NCBI GenBank assembly: GCA_963775425.1
Contig: CAVZJB010000002.1
Span: 32,001-96,000, forward strand
DNA from: an uncultured delta proteobacterium
GTDB lineage: Bacteria > Myxococcota > UBA727 > VGSZ01
Reading direction: 5' to 3'
DNA: 64,000 bases
Both the position numbers and the translations under genes were made by a program. Position 1 is the first letter of the stretch. Every line of letters begins with the position of its first letter. This document shows, one piece after another, positions 37,201 through 46,136 of this stretch. A model generated the notes under the pieces. It had not been told where the DNA came from, ran no database searches, and saw nothing but the letters and a program-made list of their open reading frames with translations.

Positions 37201-38079
37201 GGCGTGCCCGCCGAGGGCGTGCGCGTGATGCGGACGCAGACGGACAAGGTGCCGAACACGTCGGCGACGGCGGCGTCGTCGGGGGCGGACCTGAACGGCG
37301 CGGCGGTGAAGGCGGCGTGCGAGGAGCTGCGCGCGCGGCTGCAGCCGGTGGCGGCGGGGCTCCTCGAGAGGAAGCTCGGCGGCGCCATCGTCCCCGGGGA
37401 CGTGCTGTTCCTGAACGGCTACGCGATGACCACGACGTCGGCGGGGGTGAGCGTCCCGCTCGCCGACGTGGTGGAGGCGGCGTACCTGCGCCAGACCCCG
37501 CTGTCGGCCACGGGCTTCTACCGAACGCCGGACATCGGCTACGACCGCAAGGCAGGACGCGGCAAGCCGTTTCACTACTTCGCGTACGGCGTGGCGGTGT
37601 CGGAGGTCGAGCTCGACGGCGACACCGGCATGAAGCGCGTGCGGCGCGTGGACATCCTCCACGACGTCGGCGACTCCTTGAACCCGGCCATCGACCGGGG
37701 ACAGATCGAGGGCGGCTTCGTGCAGGGCATGGGCTGGTTGACGTCCGAGGAGCTCAAGTGGGACGACGCCGGCCGGCTCCTGTCGCACTCGGCGTCCACG
37801 TACCAGATCCCGACGATGTGGGACGCGCCGCCCGAGTTTCGCGTGCGCATCCTCCCGGACGCTCCGCAGCACAACGTCGTGCACGGCAGCAAGGCCGTCG
37901 GCGAGCCACCCTTGATGCTCGCCATCTCGGTGCGCGAAGCGCTGCGCGACGCCGTCGCCGCGTTTGGTGGTAGCGGCGAGGTGGTCGTGCCGTCGCCGTT
38001 GACGCACGAGACGCTGTGGCACGCGGTGCGGCGCCGGCGCGCCGCGGCGAAGGCAGCCAAGCGCGCCGCCGCGGAGTAA
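34237..38079 (+). CDS. xdhAB: Xanthine dehydrogenase, single-chain XdhA-XdhB fusion
   Basis: GCAEGDCGAC, QCGYCTPG and CRCTGY; FAD domain; GGQEHFYLE, GGFGGKE, AFRGFGGPQG and KAVGEPP. Confidence 0.93.
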   Translation: MLAFTLNGTPVQLDDVDPASTLSQWLRRHGRTGTKEGCAEGDCGACTVLVGDEDASGEPAWRAVNACIALLPSFHGRHIITVEGVAPADGLHPVQAAMIKHGGDQCGYCTPGFVMSMAELYERPDSAAAPETLCAALDGNLCRCTGYRPIRDAMLEALRCRDGGACDLVGIGGRARRPPPAPAAAPVDVTGPAPGGDRRGNRFVRPTTLAELLALRAAHPEARLVGGATEIGVELRKKLAPLPFLIATDGVAELRRVEDTADAWVVGGAATLTALDELLAASSAPSPVAQGVRRMLRVFASRPIRNRATLAGNIVTASPIGDMAPVLLALDAEVVCASAAGERRVPIDRFFTGYRKTALAADEIVRAVVIPKHATPSGAALRFDTIKVSKRRDLDIAIVAAAFRVELDEQGAVTAARLAYGGVAPTPARAHKAEALLVGRKLEAGAVADVLEALDNEFTPIDDVRAGKAYRKGLVASLFARFVRGQRSEAFEDGGFVEVGVWPAPSKSRALSHDSARGHVTGEALYVDDAAQRRDMLEVWPVTVPHARARITRRDAAAARAMPGVHAVLFGEDIPGRNDVGAVKPDEILLATEDVYFHGHPVALVVADTVEQARRAAAAVVVEAQPLPALLGVRAAVDADSYHNEPHVIRCGDVDKALAAAKHRIDGELDIGGQEHFYLETQAAFADVVEDEVQVWSSTQHPSEIQAVVSHVLALPRHRIVVTSPRMGGGFGGKETQGNTWAALAALAAWRTRRPVRVQLDRDVDMEVTGKRHPFLGRYSVGFDDDGRITAFDAVVVSDGGWALDLSESILDRALFHLDNAYSFDNARFEGRVAKTNVVSHTAFRGFGGPQGMLVVEDALARVAGRLGLPAEVVRARNFYAPSGQHTPYGQAVDDNRVPRMWSELLEDASFDERRRAVDAFNAGSAHVKRGLAVTPVKFGISFTASFLNQAGALVVIYRDGTVQVNHGGTEMGQGLHAKVLGVVMRELGVPAEGVRVMRTQTDKVPNTSATAASSGADLNGAAVKAACEELRARLQPVAAGLLERKLGGAIVPGDVLFLNGYAMTTTSAGVSVPLADVVEAAYLRQTPLSATGFYRTPDIGYDRKAGRGKPFHYFAYGVAVSEVELDGDTGMKRVRRVDILHDVGDSLNPAIDRGQIEGGFVQGMGWLTSEELKWDDAGRLLSHSASTYQIPTMWDAPPEFRVRILPDAPQHNVVHGSKAVGEPPLMLAISVREALRDAVAAFGGSGEVVVPSPLTHETLWHAVRRRRAAAKAAKRAAAE

Positions 38080-38100
38080 CGCGAAGCGCTCGCTCGCGAG

Positions 38101-38154
38101 GCCCTTCGACCTCGACGAGCTCTGCGGCGCGTGCGCGCGTCGCTCGACGCCCGA
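38101..38154 (+). repeat. Degenerate direct copy of the 3' end of the downstream kinase gene (40443-40497)
   Basis: About 55-bp alignment with one gap and six mismatches. Confidence 0.75.
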
Positions 38155-38193
38155 GGCTTCCGCGCCACGCGTTTTTGACGCACCATCGGGCCC

Positions 38194-40497
38194 ATGGCCG
38201 ACGATCCGCAGGACGCCGATCCCGAGCACGCCGCCATCCCCGCGGCCGGGATGCGCGCGATGTTGGAGCGCTGCCCGGACATGGTCACGCTCATCGATGA
38301 GCGGGGGTCGATCCGTTACGTGAACGACGCCTGCCGGCAGCTCCTCGGGTGCGCGCCGGGCGACTTGCTCGGCAACGGCATGCGGCGCTTGCTCGACCCG
38401 GCCGAGGACGAGGTGCGCGCGACGCGCCTGCGCGGTGTGACCGCGAGCCGCGGCGCCGCGTTCCAGTTCCGCTACCGATGCCGGCACGCCGACGGCACGT
38501 GGCGCACGCTCGAGGCGCGCTCCTACAACGGGCTCTCCGATCCGGATCTGCGCGGCGTCGTCTCGTTCTCCCGCGACGTCACCAACGCCGACGAGGCGGC
38601 GCAGGCCCGGGGCGAGCTGCGCTTCCGCGTCGTCGCGGAGAGCATGCGGGACGGGCTGTTGACCATCGATCCCGCCGGAAACGTCCTGTACATCAACGCC
38701 GGCGTCTCCCGCATCATGGGCTACGCGCCCGAGGAGCGGGTGGGCGGCCACATGATCGACGTCATGCACCCCGACGACCTGGACAACGCCAGGCGCCGGT
38801 TCGCCGCCGCGATGGACAACGGGTCGGCGCAGTTCGACGCGCGCATCCGCCGCAAGGACGGCGCCTGGCGCGTGGTCGAAGGGCGCGCCGATCGTCTCCC
38901 GCCCGGCAACGACGCGGCCGCGCTGCTCATCACCTACCGCGACGTCACGGAAGAGCGCGCCATGCGGGAGCGGCTCGAGAGAAACGAGCGGCGCTTCCGC
39001 GCTCTCACCGAGAGGAGCGCCTCGAGCGTGATGATCGTCGGCGAGGACAAGATCATCCGCTACGCGAGCCCCCACATGTCGCTCCTCGACTTGAGCGAGG
39101 ACGAGCGCGTGGGCCGGCCCCTCGCCGGGCGCGTCCACCCCGACGACGTCGCGCGGGCGCACGCGCTCTTCGACGCGGTGGTGAAGGAGCCTGGCGGCAC
39201 GCGCCGCGGCGACTTTCGCGTCCGCCACGCCGACGGCACCTGGCGCTGGCACGACATCACGCTCGCCAACCTCCTCGACGACGACGCCGTGGCCGGCGTC
39301 GTCGTCAACCCGCGCGACGTCACGGAGCGGATCGCGGCCGAGGAGCACATGCGCACCGCGCGCAGCCTCGAGGCCATCGGGCGCCTCGCCGCCGGCGTCG
39401 CCCACGACTTCAACAACCTCCTCACCGGCATCCTCGGCAACGCGTCGCTGCTGGCGGGCGCGGTCACCGATCCACGCCAGCGCGAGGACGTCGAGCAGAT
39501 CCGCGTGGCGGGAGAGAAGGCGGCGGAGCTCACGCGACAGATCCTCGCGTTCTCCCGGCGCCAGGTGCTCAAGCGGGAGCACGTCCCCGTCAACGATCTG
39601 CTGCGCGGCCTGGTGCGCCTGTTGCGACGGGTGACGCGCGCCAACGTCAAGATCGAGCTCGTCACAGCCGACGAGGTCGGCACCGTCTACGCCGACCGGA
39701 GCCAGCTCGAGCAGGTGGTGGTGAACCTCGCGGTCAACGCCAGCGACGCCATGCCCGCCGGTGGCACGCTCACCATCGAGACGTCCCTCGTGGACGCCGA
39801 CGACGTCGCGGCGCGCGAGGAGGGCCGGCAGCAGAGCGCCGTCGGCGACGGACGCGCGGAGAAGCTCGTGTGCATTCGCGTGAGCGACACCGGGATGGGC
39901 ATGTCCCCCGAGGTGGTCGCGCACGTGTTCGAGCCGTTCTTCACCACCAAGGAGCTCGGGCGCGGCACCGGCCTCGGCCTCGCCACCGTGCACGGCGTCG
40001 TGCACCAGCACGACGGGCGCATCCTGGTGAAGAGCGCGCCCGGCGAGGGCAGCGCCTTCGAGGTGTTGCTGCCGGCGAGCGGCGGCGTGGCCGCGCCCGT
40101 GCGTCGCGAGCGGCCGCGCGGACCGGTGGCGCGCGGCTGCGAGCTGTTGCTCGTGGCCGACGACGACGAGGTCTCGCGCCGCATCACGGTGCGCCTCCTC
40201 GAGGACGCGGGCTATCGCGTGCTGGTGGCCTCGAGCGGCGAGCAAGCCCTCGAGCTGTTCGTCGCGCACGCCGACGACATCGAGCTCGTGATCCTCGACG
40301 TCGTCATGCCGGACCTGGGCGGGCCCGCCACGCTCACGCGCATGCAGGAGCTGAAGCCCGACGTGCCCTACCTCTTTGCCAGCGGCTACGCCTTCGAGCC
40401 TAGCGAGGCCGACGCGCGCATCGCGCGGCACTCTCTGCCCAAGCCCTTCGATCTCGACGAGCTCCTGCGCCGCGTGCGCGCGGCCCTCGACGCGTGA
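38194..40497 (+). CDS. Hybrid histidine kinase (3 PAS, HisKA, HATPase, REC)
   Basis: HPDD PAS motifs; AHDFNNLL, NLAVNA.DAM, FEPFFTTK..G.GTGLGL, LDVVMP and KPF. Confidence 0.95.
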   Translation: MADDPQDADPEHAAIPAAGMRAMLERCPDMVTLIDERGSIRYVNDACRQLLGCAPGDLLGNGMRRLLDPAEDEVRATRLRGVTASRGAAFQFRYRCRHADGTWRTLEARSYNGLSDPDLRGVVSFSRDVTNADEAAQARGELRFRVVAESMRDGLLTIDPAGNVLYINAGVSRIMGYAPEERVGGHMIDVMHPDDLDNARRRFAAAMDNGSAQFDARIRRKDGAWRVVEGRADRLPPGNDAAALLITYRDVTEERAMRERLERNERRFRALTERSASSVMIVGEDKIIRYASPHMSLLDLSEDERVGRPLAGRVHPDDVARAHALFDAVVKEPGGTRRGDFRVRHADGTWRWHDITLANLLDDDAVAGVVVNPRDVTERIAAEEHMRTARSLEAIGRLAAGVAHDFNNLLTGILGNASLLAGAVTDPRQREDVEQIRVAGEKAAELTRQILAFSRRQVLKREHVPVNDLLRGLVRLLRRVTRANVKIELVTADEVGTVYADRSQLEQVVVNLAVNASDAMPAGGTLTIETSLVDADDVAAREEGRQQSAVGDGRAEKLVCIRVSDTGMGMSPEVVAHVFEPFFTTKELGRGTGLGLATVHGVVHQHDGRILVKSAPGEGSAFEVLLPASGGVAAPVRRERPRGPVARGCELLLVADDDEVSRRITVRLLEDAGYRVLVASSGEQALELFVAHADDIELVILDVVMPDLGGPATLTRMQELKPDVPYLFASGYAFEPSEADARIARHSLPKPFDLDELLRRVRAALDA

Positions 40498-40579
40498 CCG
40501 GCGCCTCCGGGAGGGGCGGCCGCGCCGGGGCGTTCGCGCCGGCATTGACGGGCACGGCTCGTTCGGCGACGACGACGCC

Positions 40580-40837
40580 ATGGCCGAAAAGGGAAGCGGC
40601 GGCAAGCAAGACGGCGAAGACAGCTTCGAGAAGGTCTTGAAGAAGCTCGAAGACGTCGTGGTCCGCCTCGAGAAGGGCGACCTCCCGCTCGAAGAGAGCC
40701 TCAAGGCGTACGAAGAGGGCGTGGGCCTGGTGCGCGCGGCGCAGGGGCGCCTCGACGGCATGGACAAGCGCCTCGAGCAGCTCCTGAAAAACGGCGCCAC
40801 GGCTCCGATGGCCGCGCCCGCCGACGACGAGCGATGA
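40580..40837 (+). CDS. xseB: Exodeoxyribonuclease VII small subunit
   Basis: SFE....LE.VV.RLE.G.LPLEESL.AYEEG; directly upstream of ispA. Confidence 0.93.
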   Translation: MAEKGSGGKQDGEDSFEKVLKKLEDVVVRLEKGDLPLEESLKAYEEGVGLVRAAQGRLDGMDKRLEQLLKNGATAPMAAPADDER

Positions 40838-41694
40838 GCGCGCGCGTGTTCGACGACGCGCTCCTCGGGGCCCTGCGCGCGCGCGCCGAGGAGGCGCTGC
40901 GCGCGTCCCTCGACGCCCCCGCCGACGGGGTGCGCGCCGCGCCCGAGCGGCTGCGCGAGGCCATGCGCTACAGCCTCCTGGCCGGCGGCAAGCGCCTGCG
41001 TCCGGTGTTGGCGCTCGCCTGCGCCGACGCCGCCCGCGGCGCCGTCGACGACGCCGTCCCCGCGGCGGTGGCGGTGGAGTACGTCCACACCTACTCGCTC
41101 ATCCACGACGACCTGCCGGCCCTCGACGACGACGACATGCGCCGCGGCCGGCCCACGCTGCACAAGGCCTTCGACGAGGCCACCGCCATCCTCGCCGGCG
41201 ACGCGCTGCTCACCGACGCGTTCGCGGTCTTGTCGGGCGCGCCGAGGAACGCGGCGGCGCAGGTGCGCGAGCTGGCGTACGCGGCGGGCAGCGCCGGCAT
41301 GGTCGGCGGTCAGGTCGACGACGTCGCGCACACGGGCCGAGACGTGGAGACGCTCGCGGACGTCCACGCGCGAAAGACGGGCCGCCTGTTCGTGGCCGCG
41401 TGCGCGCTGGGCGGCCTGGCGGCGGGCGCGAGCGACGACGTGGTGACGTCGCTGCGGGACTTCGGGCGTCACTTCGGCCTGGCGTTTCAGATCGCCGACG
41501 ACGTCCTCGACGTCACGGGCGGGCGCGGGCGCGACGCGAAGAACGAGCGCGTGACGTTCGCGACGCTCCTGGGCGTGGACGCCGCGCGGGCGCGTGCGCG
41601 CGAGTCGGCGTCTGCGGCGGTGGCGGCGGCGGACGCGCTGGCGGCGCCGGCGCTGCGGGCGTTGGCGTCGTTCGCGGCGGCGCGGGACCACTGA
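40834..41694 (+). CDS. ispA: Farnesyl/geranylgeranyl diphosphate synthase
   Basis: GGKRLRP, SLIHDDLPALDDDDMRRG and FQIADD motifs. Confidence 0.93.
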   Translation: MSARVFDDALLGALRARAEEALRASLDAPADGVRAAPERLREAMRYSLLAGGKRLRPVLALACADAARGAVDDAVPAAVAVEYVHTYSLIHDDLPALDDDDMRRGRPTLHKAFDEATAILAGDALLTDAFAVLSGAPRNAAAQVRELAYAAGSAGMVGGQVDDVAHTGRDVETLADVHARKTGRLFVAACALGGLAAGASDDVVTSLRDFGRHFGLAFQIADDVLDVTGGRGRDAKNERVTFATLLGVDAARARARESASAAVAAADALAAPALRALASFAAARDH

Positions 41695-42302
41695 TGGGGC
41701 CCGCGGCGCTGGCGTTGCTGGCGGCGTTGTCGTTCGGGGGGCACATGCGCTCCGAGGGGCGCTCGAGCTTCTCCATCGACGACACGGGCCTCGTGGAGAT
41801 CGAGATCGAGATCGGCTTCCTCGACGTCCCCGAGCTGTGCAACGCCGACCTGCTGGTGGAGCCGGCGCGGGCCGACGAGATGCGCCGGCGGCTGGCGGCG
41901 TGCCTGACGCGGGACATGCCGCAGGTGCTGCGGGTGCGCGGCGACGAGCGGGCGTGTCCGGTGGTGTTCCTGCGCACCGAGGACAAGCCTGCGCCCGGCG
42001 ACGCCCGCGGGGGAACGCTGCGCATCTTCGCGCGCGCCGACTGCGGGGCGTTGCCGCGCGCGCTCATCGTCGACTGGGGCCTGTTTCGCGGCAGCAGCCT
42101 CGACCATGTGAGCATCGCCAAGATCGAGCAGCCCTACGACAAGCCCAGGCTCGCGATGCTCTCCAAGCGGGCGCCTCGCTTCACCCTCGAGATCGCCCGC
42201 CCGCTGTGGCCTCGTGTGGCGGCGGGCGCCGGTGTCGCGGTCCTTTTGGGCGCGGGCGCAGGCGTCTTGTTCGGGCTGCGGCGTCGCCGAAAGCGTGCTT
42301 GA
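41694..42302 (+). CDS. Secreted protein with C-terminal TM anchor and basic tail
   Basis: Signal peptide followed by His; C-terminal hydrophobic helix then RRRRKRA. Confidence 0.7.
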   Translation: MGPAALALLAALSFGGHMRSEGRSSFSIDDTGLVEIEIEIGFLDVPELCNADLLVEPARADEMRRRLAACLTRDMPQVLRVRGDERACPVVFLRTEDKPAPGDARGGTLRIFARADCGALPRALIVDWGLFRGSSLDHVSIAKIEQPYDKPRLAMLSKRAPRFTLEIARPLWPRVAAGAGVAVLLGAGAGVLFGLRRRRKRA

Positions 42303-42483
42303 GGGATGGGCCGCGCCGCCTGTCCGGCGGCGAGGCCCTTCCCCTGCGGGCGCCCAGGTTCTCTTCGCGCCGAGAGTGCGCGCAAGAATGCCCGAACGGT
42401 GCCGGTGGCGGGCGCCCTGCGGGGAAGACTCGGCGCTCGCGCGAACCCGGCCGGCCGCGGGGCGTACGCCTGCAAGCCGTCGG

Positions 42484-44031
42484 TCAGCGGGTGAGGGCGA
42501 AGGCGCGGTTGAGGCGGTCGTTGGCGGCGGTGTAGCGGCGCTGGACCACGAGGCGGGCGACGTCGCGCTGGAGCGAGAGGATCTTCGCCTGGTGAGACGC
42601 GGGGGCGCTCTCGCTCGCGTAGGTGAGCCGCTTTTCCTTGGCGTTGATGAAGCCGCGGTCGATGCGCGTGTGCAGGGCCACGCTGCGCGCCTTGGACCAG
42701 AGGGCGTCGGCGTTGTTTCCCTGCGCTTCGAGGCGATGCGCGCGCGCGGCGAGCGCGTCCACCGTGGGCACGTCGCCGGGGAGCACGCCACGCCGCTTCA
42801 TGGCGGCGGCGAGGCGAACGCTCCCGGCGGACCCGCTCTTGACCTTGTCGTGCACGCGGGCCGAGCCGCTGTTGGTCACGCCGGCGTCCGGGCTGCCGGT
42901 GCCCCCGGCGCCGGCGACGCCGGCGTCGGCCGCGTCGCCGGCCGCCTCCGCGCTGCCGGCGTCCTCGGTGTCCCCGGCGCGCGGTGCGCTCGCGGGCTTG
43001 GCCTCCTGCGGGGGCGTGGGCGGGGGCGGCGCGGGCTTGGCCATCAGCGCCGCGACGACGGCCACGGCGACGACGGTGACGACGACGACGGCCGTGATCA
43101 GCGCCGCGCGCGGCACCGCCGGCTCGACCGCGACGGCGGGCCCCTCCTGCGAGGACGCCGCCGCCGACGCCTCGCGCACGAGCACCGTCCCCGTCGACGA
43201 CGTCGGCTCCTCGCCGTTCACCGCGCGCGCAAACGCACTCAGCAGCGCGTCGGCGTTGGCGTAGCGGTCGCTCGGGCGGCGCGCCATCGCCCGCCGCACC
43301 ACGGCGTCGACGGCGGGGCTGACGTCGGGGTTGTGCTCGAGCAGCGACGGCGGCCCCTGCTTTTGCGCCTTGAACGCCTCCGCCGGCGTCGACGCCTCGA
43401 ACGGCAGCCGCCCCGCCATGCACGCGTACAACACGACGCCGAGCGCGTAGAGGTCGCTCTGCGAGGTGGCCTGCTCGCCCTGCCAGACCTCCGGCGCGAT
43501 GAAGCGCAGCGAGCCCACCGTGCGCCCCGCCTGCGTGATGCGCGTGACGTCGTTGCCGGTGGCCATGCCGAAGTCGAGGACGCAGACGCTCCCGTCCGGC
43601 TTGATCATGATGTTGCCGGGCTTGAGGTCGCGATGCACCACGCCCACGTCGTGCGCCGCCTGCAGCGCCGGCACGATCCCCCGCAGGATCTCGAGCACCC
43701 GCGCCGGCGGCTGGCGCCCCTCGCGGTGGATGAGCGCCGCCAACGTCTCCCCCGCGACGTACTCCATGGTGATGAAGGTGTGGCCGTCCTCCTCGTGGAG
43801 GTCGTGCAGCCGGGAGACGCCCGCGGAGTTGATGCGGCGGGTGAGCACGATCTCGCGCTTGAAGCGCTCGCGCACCTCCGGGTCGTCGACGAGCCACGGG
43901 TGGAGGACCTTCAGCGCCACCGCCTGGTCCAACAGCGTGTCGCGCGCGAGGTACACCACGCCCGACGCACCCTTCCCGAGGGTCTCCTCGAGGAGGAAGC
44001 GCGACAGCCTGCTGCCAGGACCTAGGTCCAT
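42484..44031 (-). CDS. Membrane-anchored Ser/Thr protein kinase
   Basis: GKGASGVV, VALK, HRDLKPGN, DFG and APE; single TM. Confidence 0.93.
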   Translation of the reverse strand: MDLGPGSRLSRFLLEETLGKGASGVVYLARDTLLDQAVALKVLHPWLVDDPEVRERFKREIVLTRRINSAGVSRLHDLHEEDGHTFITMEYVAGETLAALIHREGRQPPARVLEILRGIVPALQAAHDVGVVHRDLKPGNIMIKPDGSVCVLDFGMATGNDVTRITQAGRTVGSLRFIAPEVWQGEQATSQSDLYALGVVLYACMAGRLPFEASTPAEAFKAQKQGPPSLLEHNPDVSPAVDAVVRRAMARRPSDRYANADALLSAFARAVNGEEPTSSTGTVLVREASAAASSQEGPAVAVEPAVPRAALITAVVVVTVVAVAVVAALMAKPAPPPPTPPQEAKPASAPRAGDTEDAGSAEAAGDAADAGVAGAGGTGSPDAGVTNSGSARVHDKVKSGSAGSVRLAAAMKRRGVLPGDVPTVDALAARAHRLEAQGNNADALWSKARSVALHTRIDRGFINAKEKRLTYASESAPASHQAKILSLQRDVARLVVQRRYTAANDRLNRAFALTR

Positions 44032-44052
44032 CCGCCCATGTTAGACCGGCGC

Positions 44053-45237
44053 ATGCTGGTTGCGCTGAAACCGGGCAAGGACCGTGCGGTGCGCCGCCGT
44101 CACCCGTGGATCTTCTCGGGGGCCATCGCCCGCACCGAGGGTGATCCGCAAAGCGGCGACACCGTCGACGTCGTCGACGACAAGGGCGCCCTCCTCGGCC
44201 GCGGCGCCTTCAGCCCGTCCTCGCAGATCCGCGTGCGCATGTGGACCTTCGACGACGCCCCCGTCGACGACGCGCTCGTCGCCGCCCGCGTCGCCGGCGC
44301 CGTCGAGCTCCGCAAGGACCTCGTCCTCGACAAGGACACCACCTGCGCCCGCCTCGTGTTCGCCGAGGGCGACTTCCTCCCCGGCCTGGTCTGCGACCTC
44401 TACGACGACACGGCCGTCATCCAGTGCCAGAGCGCCGGCGCCGAGCGCTTCCGCGACGCCGCCGTGGCCGCCCTCCGCGCCGAGACCGGCGCCGCTCGCG
44501 TGGTCGAGCGCAGCGACGCCGACGTGCGCGGCCTCGAAGGCCTGCCGGCACGCACCGGCGTCCTGCACGGGCCCGCCCTCGAGGGCCCCCTCGCCGTGCT
44601 CGAAAACGGACTGCGCTTCCTCGTCGACGTCGAGCGCGGCCACAAGACCGGCTTCTACCTCGACCAGCGCGACGCCCGCGCCCGCGTGCGCGCCATGGCC
44701 CACGGCCGCCGCGTGCTCAACTGCTTCGGCTACACCGGCGGCTTCGCCGTCGCCGCCCTCGCCGGCGGCGCCGACAGCGCCGTCACCGTCGACAGCTCGC
44801 TGCCGGCCCTCGAGATGGCCGAGAAGAACGTGGCCGCGAACGGCCTCGACGAGGCGCGCCACACCGGCCTCAAGGGCGACGCCTTCGACGTGCTGCGCGG
44901 CATGCGGGACGACGGCGAGCGCTTCGGCCTCATCGTGCTCGACCCGCCCAAGCTCGCGCCCAAGGCGGCCCATGTCGACAAGGCCGTGCGCGCCTATCGC
45001 GAGCTCGCCCACAGCGCGCTCCTGCTGCTCGAGCCGGGCGGGATCTTGTTCACCTTCTCCTGCTCGGGCGCGGTGGACCGCGATCTGTTCCGCCAGATCA
45101 CGGCGCAGGCGGCGCAGAAGGCCCGGCGAGACGTGCGCGTGCTCGGGCACCTCGGTCATCCGCCGGACCACCCCGTGCCCCTCGCCTTTCCCGAGGGCGA
45201 GTACCTCAAGGGCCTGATCTGCGTCACGTCCACCTAG
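44053..45237 (+). CDS. rlmI: 23S rRNA m5C1962 methyltransferase (RlmI family)
   Basis: HPWIFSG, GHKTGFYLDQR, LNCF.YTGGF, LDPP, FSCSG and PEGEYLK; start may be 44038. Confidence 0.92.
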   Translation: MLVALKPGKDRAVRRRHPWIFSGAIARTEGDPQSGDTVDVVDDKGALLGRGAFSPSSQIRVRMWTFDDAPVDDALVAARVAGAVELRKDLVLDKDTTCARLVFAEGDFLPGLVCDLYDDTAVIQCQSAGAERFRDAAVAALRAETGAARVVERSDADVRGLEGLPARTGVLHGPALEGPLAVLENGLRFLVDVERGHKTGFYLDQRDARARVRAMAHGRRVLNCFGYTGGFAVAALAGGADSAVTVDSSLPALEMAEKNVAANGLDEARHTGLKGDAFDVLRGMRDDGERFGLIVLDPPKLAPKAAHVDKAVRAYRELAHSALLLLEPGGILFTFSCSGAVDRDLFRQITAQAAQKARRDVRVLGHLGHPPDHPVPLAFPEGEYLKGLICVTST

Positions 45238-45260
45238 GCGATTCGTCGTCGTCACCGTGA

Positions 45261-45282
45261 CCGGGGGGGCGGCTCCCCCCGG
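45261..45282 (+). terminator. GC hairpin after rlmI
   Basis: CCGGGGGG-GCGGCT-CCCCCCGG; no U-tract. Confidence 0.4.
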
Positions 45283-45389
45283 GCCCGTCGGAACGCGTGT
45301 AGGTTGCGTCCTGACGCCGTCTCCTCGGCCTACCGACGGACGGTGGCGTTGCGGACGGGGGGAGAGCCCCACCCGATACGTGCATTGTC

Positions 45390-46118
45390 ATGCACTCCAC
45401 ATCCCACGAAGGTGAACCCGAGACCAGCCGCCCGCGGGAGCGACCGGTGCTCGTTCGTCCCATCCCCGCGACCCCCTCCGCCGCGCCCTCGGGCGGGCGC
45501 CTGGCCAAGACCAGCGGGGACGGCCCCGCGATCCGGCCGCCGCCGGTCGCCCAGCCCGCCGCCCCCGTGGTCGCGCCCGTGCACCGCTTGCTGCGGCACC
45601 GCTTGACGTCGCCCGAGAAGCGCACCGTCAAGCGCATCCAGGCCACCCGCGTGGAGCTCTTCACCGCGCTCGAGCGCCCGTCCCAGGATCTGGTGCGGTC
45701 GCGCATCCTGCAGATGCTCCGCGAGGATCGCGGGCTGCAGCAGGGTCTGCCGAGCGCGGAGTCCTACGACATCCTCGCCGGCTGGCTCACCGACGACGCG
45801 CTCTCCGGCCGCACGGCCGCCGAGCTCGTCGGGCTGTTCCTCCGCGAGATCGGCGCCATGGAGCGGCCGGAGCTGTCGGCGCCGCGCGTGAAGGCCGCGC
45901 TGCGCGTGCTCAACGAGGTCCTCTACGGCGACCAGCAAGACGGCGCCATCCCGCAGGGCGTGCGGGAGCTGCGCCTCGAGAAGCGCGACGGCGGCCTCCA
46001 GATCGTCGGCGTGCTCCGCGCCGGCGCCGACGAGAGCCGCGTGCGCCAGGCGTGCCGCGAGGCGCTCCGGGCGTCGAGCTACCCCGACGTCGACGTCAGG
46101 CTGGTTTCGCGCCGGTAG
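45390..46118 (+). CDS. Hypothetical protein
   Basis: Pro-rich N-terminus and helical body; good codon bias; start uncertain. Confidence 0.7.
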   Translation: MHSTSHEGEPETSRPRERPVLVRPIPATPSAAPSGGRLAKTSGDGPAIRPPPVAQPAAPVVAPVHRLLRHRLTSPEKRTVKRIQATRVELFTALERPSQDLVRSRILQMLREDRGLQQGLPSAESYDILAGWLTDDALSGRTAAELVGLFLREIGAMERPELSAPRVKAALRVLNEVLYGDQQDGAIPQGVRELRLEKRDGGLQIVGVLRAGADESRVRQACREALRASSYPDVDVRLVSRR

Positions 46119-46136
46119 CTGCGGCATCATCGGCGG

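Noticed and set aside
34144-41691. 2515-aa minus-strand ORF (and similar long ORFs such as 49910-54133, 24474-27869 and 14146-17409)
   Set aside because: Antisense shadows of real genes; stops are scarce in high-GC DNA and the translations contain no recognisable motifs.
45283-45395. Structured ncRNA between rlmI and the hypothetical gene
   Set aside because: Several short dyads are present, but these are expected at this GC content and match no family I recognise.
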